In this document: positions 9,591 through 19,763 of the stretch, piece after piece
Layout: each line of letters begins with the position of its first letter
Numbering within the stretch: the stretch's first letter is position 1
NCBI RefSeq assembly: GCF_000372725.1
Contig: NW_005201791.1
Coordinates: 341,177 to 361,176 of the forward strand
DNA from: Emiliania huxleyi CCMP1516
Lineage: Eukaryota
DNA: 20,000 nt
Reading direction: 5' to 3'
Translations under genes and position numbers: made by a program
The notes under the pieces: model-generated
The model's database searches: none
What the model saw: the letters and a program-made list of their open reading frames with translations, nothing else
Told to the model about the DNA's origin: nothing

Positions 9591-11432
9591 ATGAGGTGGC
9601 CTGCTGGCATGCCAGGGATGAGGTAGTCCGGGAGCTCGATGCCCGGGAAAGAGGGCTTGAGGTAGCAACGGACGTCGAGGAGGGTGGCGAGGGCCAAGCC
9701 AGCGCCCGCCGAGTCGCCCGCCACCACCACGTTTTCGGCGCCGTAGAGCTACTCACAAGGGCGGCGCGTGTGACGAGACGCCGTTCACAGCGCTCGGCCA
9801 AGCTCAGCTGCTGTGAAGAGCGAGACGCCTCGACGAGCTTCACGTAGGTGCGGACCCAACGGTTGAGCGCCTGCGGGGATGATCCATGGTCGGGCATCAA
9901 TTACTGTGCGCATGGTCCAACGCCGCGGCGAGGGTGGGGGGTGTCGAGTGCGGCGAGGGCTGTGCCTCGGCAAAGAAGAAGCCGCCCTGCTTGCTGCAGA
10001 AGCGAGGCTCGGAGGCGAGCGGGTACTCGCCGATGAGGACGGTCTGGCCGGTCTGCTCCGACAGGAACAGCCCGAAAAAGTAGAGGAAGTCGGCCGACTG
10101 GCCGGCGAACCAGGCGGAGCCGTGCGCCCAGAAGATCACCTTGGAACCCGGCGCTCCCGGCGCGACGTTGGTGTTCGGCGCGAACTCGTTGCCGTCCTTG
10201 TCCTTGAAGCGCGTGTTTGGCGGCGTCGGCAGCTTGCCGCAGACGGTCTCGCCGTTGCAGTTCGTGAAGGACTTTGGGAACGCCCAGTAGCCTCCGCAGT
10301 CCCGGGCGTCGTTCATCTGCTGGTCCGACTCCCCGACCGCCATGTTCGCCGGCATGTACGTGGTATTGGGCGCGAAGCCGGTGCGGCCGCCGAAGAGGCC
10401 GCAGCAGCCCTGCTGGTACGTGACGCAGCAGCGAAACAGGCATGGGATCGAGGTTGCAACGTCTGCGAGCGCCTGTGGGGGAGGGGGAGCACGCGGTAGT
10501 AGTTAGCAGTAGGCAACCTTAGTTCCAAGATCGGACCCCTGTCCACGCCCAAGCGACTGGCAACAGAGGATGGTGAGCCAAGGGTGACAGCTCGGAGCGG
10601 TGTGGCTGCCGCCCGGCCGGCGCACCTCCGCAGTCGAAGCGAGGCCGTTCGGATCGTACTCTTTGGCGCAGCTGCACGGGAAGCCTCCGCCGTACGGGGG
10701 CTGCCACTGAGCGACATTGTCGTACTTGTCTCCAAAGGGGAGCGGGAAGAGCTGGCAACAGCAGCTAAAGAGCTGCATGGAGCAGGGCGACGACTCCGAG
10801 TACTGAGGCGGCCACCTGTCTGGTGGAAGGTGCGGCCAGGGATATGGGACCGGCTTTGGCCGGAAGAACTTGGCGCAGCACCCTGCCGCCGAATCCTCCG
10901 AGCCAGCGGACGCACCCCGCTGGAGCCAGTATGTGAAGCTCTGTTGGCGTGCCATCGGGCTCACATTGCAGCAGATGCAAGCCACGTCGCAGACACCCTG
11001 ATCGCCGTTCTCCCCGAGGCCAGTGCAGGGGAGGCAGGGCGTGCAGCATCCGAGCGGGCAGAACTCCGGATGCCACATGAACCTCCACCCGACGTCGCTG
11101 CAGGCCTGAACGCCGCAGCACATATTGAAGGCGAGAGAGCAGGCGAGGTTGCGCGTCGGGCAGCACATGGGGCACGGGTAGCAAAAGGCGTAGCAGAGGT
11201 CGCGTGGGTACGAGATGAGATCGTTCAACCAGCCGGCGTCCTTGCCGTTGGCGAGGAATTTCTCGTCGTCTAGTTCGTCGAGGTGGAGGTCGCCGAACTT
11301 TTTGATCGGCTCCGGGTTCGGGTCGTAGCCATTGCGTTGCATCACCGCCTGCTGCGGCGCCGCTCCGCGGTGCTCCTCCCTCTTCTGCCGCAAATAGGCC
11401 GCGGTCGGCCGTGGGAGGGCAGGCGCCTCCAT
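9591..11432 (-). CDS. HSL-family alpha/beta hydrolase (Abhydrolase_3) with long Cys-rich N-terminus; 3' end missing
   Basis: Oxyanion-region motif VIFWAHGSAWFAG, then EYPLASE and the nucleophile elbow NVVVAGDSAGAGLAL. Exons ~11432-10626, ~10472-9969, ~9870-9829 and ~9750-9591. The catalytic Asp/His region is absent. An alternative ATG lies at 11480. Confidence 0.8.
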
Positions 11433-11799
11433 TGAGGAGTGAGAGGACCAAGAGGAGGACCAACAGGCACGCCGTGTCATCCTACAACGATGAAGAGGAT
11501 TTTGGGAAAGTGTGGGTGGGGGGATTGGATCTTCTTCACCTCCTGTCTAGCGTCCACCCATAACGCGCTGGTGTCCCCGCGGGGCCGCGGCCCGCGCACG
11601 CTCCAGCTAGACCGTTTCCAGCTAGAAGTCATACATCACAGAGCACATCATCACGGGTGTGCCGAGACTGCGACACGCCACCAGCGGCGAGGATTCCGGC
11701 CCTTCTGGAGCCCCACGGGCCGGCGCCGCGCGGGACGACGAACCGAGACGCTCTGCGCGGCACGTTCTTACTCGTCTACCTCCAATTTGCGATCATCCA

Positions 11800-12743
11800 C
11801 TAGTCCCAGGAGGAAGGCGCCGGCGGGCCTCCCTCTCGCGGCGAGCCTCCCTCGCCGCCACACGCCGCCAGCGCCTCCCGCGCGATCCGCTCCAGGCTCG
11901 GCGGCGCCGTGAGCGCGTGGTCGTCGTCGAGGAGGACGAGCCTGGCCAGAGGGCTGGCGTGTACAAAGGCCTCGCTCAGCGAGGGCGGCACCACCTCGTC
12001 GCGACGGCCGTGCAGCACAACGGCCTCCGTGCTCACCGCGGGCGTGCCCGCCTCGGCCCGGGTCTGCTCCACAAAGGACCAGGGCACCTGCCGGCGGGCG
12101 TGGAGAGGCGTGGGGGGAGAGAGGGGGAGGGCGCGCATGCGGCTGGAGAGCGGCGGCTGGAGAGCGGTAGGCGTAGGAGGGCGGAGGTCCAAGGTCGGAT
12201 GCATTCGTGGCGGAGGAGCGTGGTGAGCTGGTGAGCCGCGCACTCCCTCCCTCGGCACCTGGCAAGGCTCGCCGGTGGACGGCATTGCAAAGGTCCGAGC
12301 GCCGTCGCGCCGCCACGCCTCGAGCGCGGCGGTCCCAACGATGCACTCCCACCTCCTCCCCAGTTCGAAGCCTGGGTTCAGCAGCAGCAGCCGCCGCACC
12401 CTCCCGGGATGAAGCTCCGCATAGCGCGCCGCCGCCCAGCCGCCGAAGCTCGAGCCGACCAGCGTGAGCGGAACGCCGCCTGCCCGCTGCCAGTGCGCCT
12501 GCAGCGCGTCGAGGGCCGACTGCGGCGTGAGGGCCGCCGGACCCGCCCCGCCGTTCAGGGTGAGCAGCTCGAGATCGATGCCGTGCCGCGCCAAGCGCTC
12601 GCGGAGGAAGCGGCCCTTTGACGACTGCGCCGAGGAGAGGAAGCCGTGCGCGTAGGCGACGCTGCTGATGGGTCGTGCGATGATGATGGATGGCGACGGC
12701 TACAGTTTTCCGGCTGTAGCTACGAGTAGCGTTGGCACGGCAT
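11800..12743 (-). CDS. YqiA/UPF0227-type alpha/beta-fold esterase
   Basis: VAYAHGFLSSAQSSKG, LVGSSFGG (Ser), VLHGRRDEVVP (Asp) and DDDHAL (His). In-frame 171-nt intron at 12258-12088. The start is inferred as a 5-nt coding exon ATGCC (12743-12739) followed by a 74-nt GT-AG intron. Confidence 0.85.
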
Positions 12744-12833
12744 TCCTTGGCCGGCAAATTTTTTTTTCTGCCGCTCACCTGAAGAATATCGCGCACCGAA
12801 CGGCACCTTCCCGACGTTCTCGTCTCTCCAGGC
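12744..12833. promoter_or_regulatory. Putative compact bidirectional promoter
   Basis: Only 90 bp separate two divergent start codons, and the stretch contains a T10 tract. Confidence 0.5.
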
Positions 12834-14157
12834 ATGACCACCGCTGCGATTCTCCTATTCGCCGCGCCCTGTGCGGCGCTCGTCACTCCGGGCACGGTCG
12901 GTACTGCGATCCGCCCGCCTCCGAACCGCGAGGAGATGCTCGCGCAGGCTGCGGCCGCTGTGGGCCGCGCCCGTGCCGATGGCGTCAACCGCCACACGCT
13001 GCGCCTCTTCCTGCCGCGCGGCGATGGGCTGAGTCCGCCCGACGAATCGTGGGAGGGCGGCATTATGCAGCTCTTCGCGGCCTGCTCACCACTCACCCGC
13101 GACCTGCTGCGCCGCCTCTCCACGGAGGTGGCCGGCGTGCCTCCGTCGCTCAACGAGCAGCGGCTGGACGTGTCGGGCGTCGACGGCGAGAGCGTCTGGT
13201 TCGCGCAGTCCTCGCAGCCGGAGGACGACTGCGTTGGCCTCGTCCAGCCGACGCCGGACCGGCTCGCCACGATCCGCAAGCTTTGCAGCGAGTGCGGTGC
13301 GCGGCCGCTGCTCATGGTCAACCCGCAGTGGCGCGAGGGCGACGACCCCTTTGACGCGCTCTCTCGCAAGGGCGGTCTGCTCGGCGCGCTGGGCAACGCG
13401 CTCGGCGGCAAGGCGGCGCTGCAAAAGGAGCGTCCCGGGCTCGGAGTGCGGTGGAAAGCCCAGCTATCTGCTCCCATCCAACGCACGGTTTCTTTCTGTG
13501 TAGGAGCTGTCCGCGCTCGGCTTTGTGGACGTGTACACGCTGAGTGAGTACGTCTGCCGCGGCTCGCGCATCTGCCTGCAGCTCAGCTACCCGCTCGGCT
13601 GGACGGCACTTCCTAGACACTTCCTAGACACTTCCTAGACTGCCTGCAGCTCAGCTACCCGCTCAGCTGGACGGCGCGCCGCTTAGACGACCCGAGCTCG
13701 CCCGAGCTCGCCCGAGCTCGCCCGAGATCACCCGAGATTGGCCGAGATTGGCGGCACGGCCCTCGACGGTGGGCTCCGTGAACGGCGCCTGAGCTTGGCG
13801 GTGGAGTAGGCGTGCTACTTTGCGCCGGAGAGCGAGAGGTGGGAGCCGCTCCTGGAGGGGAAGGAGAGCCGCCCAACCTACCAGGCAGATGCCGCCGAGA
13901 TGCCGGCGAGATGCCGGCGAGATCGCGGCGAGATCGCGGCGAGATGCCGGCGAGATGCCGGCGAGAGCGCGGCGAGAGCGCGGCGAGAGCGCGGCGAGGG
14001 CGCGGCGAGGGCGCGGCGAGAGCGGGCGGAGGAGGGCTGAGATTGCGATCGTGCCGATCTCTCTCGCCCGATTTCCCCACAGGCCATCGAGGAGGCGCTG
14101 CAGGAGAGCGAGGTGCCGTTCCGTTTCACGACCTACGACCTCGACAACATCGTCTGA
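12834..14157 (+). CDS. DUF1995-domain protein, probably plastid-targeted (exons 12834-13427, 13504-13605, 13810-13884, 14083-14157)
   Basis: Signal-peptide-like N-terminus. PPDESWEGGIMQL, RPLLMVNPQW, LSYPLGW and RPTYQ-AIEEAL match the layout of algal/plant DUF1995 proteins. Stop TGA at 14155-14157. Confidence 0.75.
13572..13750. repeat. 36-bp exon-end duplication plus 11-bp and 10-bp arrays
   Basis: 13572-13607 is repeated at 13640-13675 with 1 mismatch around (ACTTCCTAGAC)x3, followed by (cccgagctcg/cccgagatYR) units. Confidence 0.92.
13887..14024. repeat. Intronic 11-bp tandem array (GAGATGCCGGC family), about 12 units
   Basis: gagatgccggc, gagatcgcggc, gagagcgcggc and gagggcgcggc variants occur in blocks. 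Confidence 0.95.
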
Positions 14158-14783
14158 GTCGGGTCTCTCTGGTCTCTGGTCTCTCTGGTCTCTGGTGCCT
14201 GGTGCCCACGGGCGCGCGGCAGACACGGCGTTCGGTGGCCGCGGCGGCGCGCCTCGGCGGGTGTCGCGTCGGTGTGGCTTCGCGGTCCCTGCATGGGTCA
14301 GTCCGTCTGCAGGACGGTCAGTCCGGATGAGGGTCGTCCGGCGGTGTTCGGTTATTCTGTTCTCTCTCTGAGGTCTGACGGTGGGGGCGCACCGTTTCGG
14401 TCGAGCGTGTGCCAACGTGGCTCGGGGCTCGGGCGCCCCCTCTATTCTCGGTGTGTCTGCAGGGGTCTCGGCTCTCTCGCTTGGGTCGGTTTGGAAAGCG
14501 ACCCACCCCACAGGCGCCAGGGCGCAGGCGCAGGGGCAAATATACATGATACAAAAAGGTTGCCATGAATGAGCGGTGGCACGTGCCAGCGAGACCGAAG
14601 CGCCTGCGCGCCGTAGTACAATGGTACGGTTGAGTTGTGCCGGTTGACGGTTGTCCGCCCCGGTCCTGTACTGTAGTACAAGTGAGCCGTACACGACTCG
14701 CGTGTGTCGCGAGTACTGACGGCGTCCGGGCCGCTCTGGGTGGCGGGAGGCCACGGCGTGCAGCACTCGCCGCGGCGGCGGCT

Positions 14784-15517
14784 CTACTTTTTCTTTTTGG
14801 CCTGCAGAGGGCGGGAGGGACGGACCGGGCTTAGCAAGGGAGGCGCGGCAGAGAGGTCGGCGGCGGCGAGGCTGGTGGCTACAGCAGCGGCGGCGGCGGA
14901 TGCGTGCGGGCCACCGCTGTCATCAGCGGCAAGCTACGCAGCGCCAGGTAAGGACAGCGGCGGTGGCGATTGCGGCGGCGGCGGCGGAGGCGGCGGCGGC
15001 GGCGGTGGAGGCGGAGGCGGCGGCAGCGTGAGAGACGGGTGCCGGCGGGAGTGCGGTGTCATGCGCTTGCGCGGTACCGGCGGCAAATCTCGGCTAATCT
15101 CGCGCCTGCGCGGCGGCCGACTGCTCTCGCATGGAGAGAAACAGGACGGGGAGCACGATGCAGAGGCCCATGAGCAGCGCGGGCCCAAACATGCAGAGCC
15201 CGATGAGCTGCTCGCCGACGTACGCGCGGCACGGCGCGATCCACTGCTCCTCGATGGACTCGAGCATCCACACCTCACGACGACAGGAGGCGAGCGCGCT
15301 TAGTGATCCGTGCGGCCGCCGAAGCACACAGCTGGTCGCTGTGGCCTGTGCGGTGCGAGCACACCTCAAACTCACTCGCCGATGTGTCTGAGGGCTTGAC
15401 GTCGCGCATGCCGCGGATCGGCGGCAGCTCGTCACACCGACAGACCGTCAGCAGCGCGAGGGCAGCGGCCCTCGAGGCGGACGAGGCGGACGAGGCGGAC
15501 GAGGGAGGGTAGTGCAT
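14784..15517 (-). CDS. Small hypothetical membrane protein with C-terminal KKKK
   Basis: Exon 1 MHYPP...AAALALLTVCRCDELP...SEFE, then an intron at 15364-15274. Exon 2 carries the hydrophobic segment LIGLCMFGPALLMGLCIVLPVLFLSM. The last exon reads ctgcAG|AKKKK-stop. Confidence 0.55.
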
Positions 15518-16189
15518 ATGCACACACATAGGTACGGAGCCCTCGCTGGCGTCCGCGATCCTCGCGACCTCGACCGGCGGCGCAGGTCCTGTCTGCTATA
15601 GATCGCTATAGCCGCAGCCACTCCCAGCTGCTCGGTGTGAACTCCCGAGCAAGAGGGACTCGAGATCCCTCGAGGGGTCACGCGGAGTCGGCTGGGGCTA
15701 TACCAGACAGGTCTCTTGTCGCCGTCGTCGCTGAGGTCGAGGGCATACCCTGACCTTCTACGCCTGGTGGAGAGGGGCGATTTGCCAGAGGACGACGTGA
15801 CGGCGACCACTCCTCTGGTGGCCGGCCGCGAGGCAACGGCTTCGTTACATACACATTACATACATATATACACACACATGAATAAACCTGGCGAGTAGTG
15901 GTGTGCCCCCCCCTTGCCCCACCACTTGTGTGTGTGGAGAAATTTACCTTACCTTACCTTACCCTGGTGTGGTGTCCACGATGCGTACGAAGACGAGAAC
16001 TTTGTGAGGGGTCCAACACGACAACGGACAGCCTCCGTAGCTCCGCTGCACTGTGCACACACTGCACTGGACCGGTATTGCGGTATACTCTTGCACACGC
16101 CTGGGTCGCCTCTCAGAGCCTTCTCACTCAAACACGCGTCCGGCGAACTTTCCGACACGACACAACGCTCAACGGTCGTAGACACCGTC

Positions 16190-19182
16190 TCACTTAGCTT
16201 GGCCCAGCTTGCGCCGGAGCTGCTCATTCTTCACCTCCATCGCGCGCGCGTCGCTCTCCCGCGCCTTGACCATATCCCGCAGCATCCGGATCTCCGCCTC
16301 CATGTCTTTGACCTGCCGTGCCACGGGGCAGAAGATGGGGTGAGCTAACTAGTCGAAGAGAGTGTCCTTGTCCCGACAAAGCCATTCGCGCGTGTGCGTG
16401 TATGCGCGCTCGCCACGGCCATTGCTGGCTCCCAGTGCTCTCTTCACCTGGGCCTTCTTCTGCTCGAGCTCGACGCGGAGGGCCTATCCAGAGCGACGGC
16501 TCTCAAGGGAGGTGCTCACATATGCGTCCTGCCACTCGAGCTCCACGCAAGGCGCCGCTGAGCGCGGCTTCCCTCGCCGGGCCGCAAGCGCGGCGCCCTT
16601 GGGCGCGGGGTGCAAAGCTGGACCGGCCTCCTCCTCCTCCTCCTCCTCCTCCTCCTCCTTGACCTCCCCCTTTCCGCCCAGCTTGCCGCTCCCTTCCACC
16701 CCCGCCTCGCCTGTTGGATTTGGGCTCGGTGCTTCATCCGCCACCGCCACAAAGCCCGACTGGTCGTCGCCATGGACGGGGAGGCCGCGAAGCTGCGCCC
16801 AGAGCTCGGCGTTGCGCTTCTTGTACGTGCGAGTGCTCGTCTCAAGCGCCTCGATCCACCTTCGGATCGGCAGCGGGAAATGCGTCTCTAGCGGTGCCGG
16901 TCGTGGTGGTCGCGACAGGGGCAGGAGAGGGCATCACCTCTGCCGCTCGTCGAGGCTCGCCCTCAATCTGGAGATTGCCGCGCGGTGCCGGTCGAGCTCC
17001 GCACGGCAGGCATCGAGCTCGCTCCGCAGCGCCTCGGCACCGCGGCTCGCGGCCTCGACCTCCTGCTTCGCGGCAGCGAACTCCGCCTCGAGTGCCTCGA
17101 GCGATGCCGCTCCGGCCCGATGCGCCTGCGCTGGCAAGCCACTGCCGTGAAGGCTCCCGGGCGCTCCAGCATCACATAGCAGCACCAATGAGATAAGCGG
17201 GACAGTGCGCACCTGCTCGAGCGCAGTGAGAGCGCGAGCCTTGGCGCGGCACTCCTCCTCCAAATCAGCGACCTGCGCGTCGAGTGCCTCCTTTGCTTTG
17301 CCCTCTGCGCGACACTCCGCTTCCAGCCTCACCATTGATCGCCGAAGGGCTGCGGCGCGCGCCTGGTCCGCCCACCCGTCGAGTGGGTCAGCTCGTGAGA
17401 GCCTCTCGCGCATGAGGGCTTTGGGGCATGGATCGAGTCGGGCGAACGGTGATAGGCGCCTGGTCCTTGTCGCGTAGCTCGCGCAGCTCTTGCGCCGCCC
17501 TTTCCGCCGCCGCTGCCGCCTCCCGCGCCTCCCTGAGCCGAGCGAGGAGCCGCAGGAACCGCGCCAGCGCATGGGCCAGCACCTCCTTCATCGCCGCCTC
17601 TGCGGCCCTCGCCGAGGTGTGTCGCGCCTCGAGCTCCGCCGCTGCCCGCTGTTCCTTGTCCAGTGCCGCCTGTAGCGTTGACGTAACGGCGGTGAGGGCA
17701 AAGGGGCAGCGGCGGTAGGCGCGCTAGCGTATAACCATCACCTTGGCCGCCGCGACTTCGCCCCTGTGAGATAGGTCAGGCAAGGAGTGAACAAGCTAGT
17801 GCGGGCAAAGGAATTTGTGGTGCGGAGCGGTGCCGGTGCCGATTGCAAGACCCAGTGTGTGTGCGGGCAGCGGGGAGAGCGCTGCCTTAGGGACGAGAGC
17901 GCCGCCTGGCTCTCTCGGAGCGCGAGGTCCGACCGCTCCAAGTTCTCTGCCGCCGTGGCGAGCTCAATGCGCGCGCTGCCAGCCTCCTCTGCCGCCTGCT
18001 TGAGGGCTGACGCGTCGGCGGCTCCGGCCGCCGCCGCCTTTAGCCTTTGCGCCTACCGAGCAGCCCGGACGATCTGGGCGGTGCAGGATTCCTATGCTGG
18101 AGACCAGCGTGGCGGCGGCAGTGCATGCCTCGCGCAGCGCCGCCTCCCGCTCCTCCGATGCTCGGCGCAGCAGCGCCGCCGTCTATGCAAGGCGAGGGGA
18201 ATGGGAGGAAGTTAACAGGGTCTGGCGAATGCTAAAAGGTGAGGTCGAGGCCGGGATCGCTGAGCGGGCCGGCGGGAGTCCACACCACCATGCGCCTGCT
18301 CGAGCTTCTCCGACTTTGCCTTGAGCTCGTTGTCGAGCTGATCGACTCGGCCTGTCACCGCCGCCTCCCTCCTCTCTAGCTCCTTTTCGCGCTGCTGCAA
18401 ACGCTGCTTCTCCTTGAGCAGCATGCGGTCCGACATGACGAACTCGCAACTCCGGTTCGTCCCGTGCTTCTCGCGCGCGCCGGCAAAGAGTTCGTTTCGC
18501 CTCGTGGAACGAAGCAAAAAAAAAGGCTTGTCGCGGCGGGGACCCTGTGTTTCTCCCTTTGGTGTGTCCGTTTTATTTATTTATTATGGACTCGCACAGC
18601 AACGCAGCGAAGCACAGCCACCGCACGGCGCAGCTCTCGTCCTCTGGCTGCGCCGGCAGCTCGTAGCCGCGCTCTTGCGCCCACAAGCGGATGCGCTCCA
18701 GCGCAGCGAGGCGTGAAAGAGCAACAAAAACAAAATCTCACTCACTCGCCGCTTTCCTCCCGCTGTGATTCTGTGTGAGCTCTGTGTCTTGATTTGCCAA
18801 CAATATACCTACAAACTCTGAAAGAGCAGCGAGTCTCAACACGGCCGCGACGCGAGCGATGTCGGCGGGGTCGCAGCGAGAGAGGGCGCGTACGAGGAGT
18901 TCGAGGAGGCGGGTCGGCGGCGGCGTATCTGGCGAGGGAGCGGCGGTGGAGGCGGCGGAGGCCGGCGGCGTGTTTCTTTTTTTCAGAGCGCCGGCCCCCT
19001 GACCAACAAGCTCGCCAACAAGCCGTGAGCCAAGGCGCTTCCGCTCTCTCCGCACACCACCCTCCCTGCCCCCCCTCCCCTGCCCTAAACCGAGCCGCCG
19101 CTCCTCCGCCCGCGCCGCCTCTCCACGCCCGCTCCAGCGCCAGCGTCTCCGTCCGGCGCAAGGCCACGTCCGCCGTTTCCAT
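16190..19182 (-). CDS. Multi-exon coiled-coil protein of unknown function (5' exons uncertain)
   Basis: A series of E/K/R/A/L heptad-rich exons with GT/GC-AG borders, e.g. LLKEKQRLQQREKELERRE, LEALEAEFAAAKQEVE and the final exon VKDMEAEIRMLRDMVK...KLGQAK-TGA (16190). Candidate ATGs are at 19182 and 18436. Confidence 0.65.
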
Positions 19183-19374
19183 TCCAGACGTCTTCTCGAT
19201 GTGCCCTCTCGCGCGCCGTGCCGTGCCCGTTCTCTCCCCAGATCCCCGCGCCGTCCGCCGCCCCAGCGCCGCCCGCACCGTCCCCCGCCCCCGCCGTTCC
19301 CTCCACCCCCAGCCGCCCGATGACGCCCGCCGCGCGCGCGCGCCGACCTTTTCCGTGCCTCGAGCAGATACGCC

Positions 19375-19763
19375 ATGGCGGACCAATCGCTCCTGCCTCG
19401 ACGGATCGTCAAGGAGACGCAGCGCCTGCTCTCTGAGCCAGGCGCGCCTCCCACCCGCCCACGGCAATTTGCTCATACAACGCCGGACGCTCCCGCGCTG
19501 TCACACCACCAGTCTCCTCACCCTCTCCCTCACCCCTCGCCCTCTCTCCCTCACCCCCACCCTCGCCCTCACCCTCACCCTCACCAACACCCCCATCCCC
19601 AGCCCTACCCCTACCCTCTCCCTCTCCCGCACCCCCCCCTCACCCTTGCCGATTCCGCCGCAGCGCCCGGCATCAGCGCGACACCATACTCGGACAACTT
19701 GCGCTACTTTTCAGTCATCATCCAGGGGCCGGCCGGGTCGCCGTACGAGGGAGGCATCTTCAG
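19375..19763 (+). CDS. UBC13: Ubiquitin-conjugating enzyme E2 N (Ubc13), 5' partial: exons 19375-19441 and 19664-19763, continuing beyond the window
   Basis: [55 protein letters not shown] matches the Ubc13/UBE2N N-terminus (LPRRIIKETQRL..EP.PGI). Intron 1 is GC-AG and intron 2 starts with GT. Confidence 0.95.

Noticed and set aside
11768..13486. 572-aa minus-strand ORF
   Set aside because: A shadow frame over two real genes (YqiA-like and DUF1995), with R/S/P/A-rich GC-bias composition.
14160..14780. ORFs of 172-367 aa overlapping this region
   Set aside because: They derive from the 11-bp array and convergent 3' UTR/intergenic sequence, and show no protein-like features.
15880..16185. Plus-strand ORFs (99 and 144 aa) and (TTACC)4
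   Set aside because: They have non-ATG starts and lie antisense to the 3' end of the coiled-coil gene; the repeat is a simple microsatellite.
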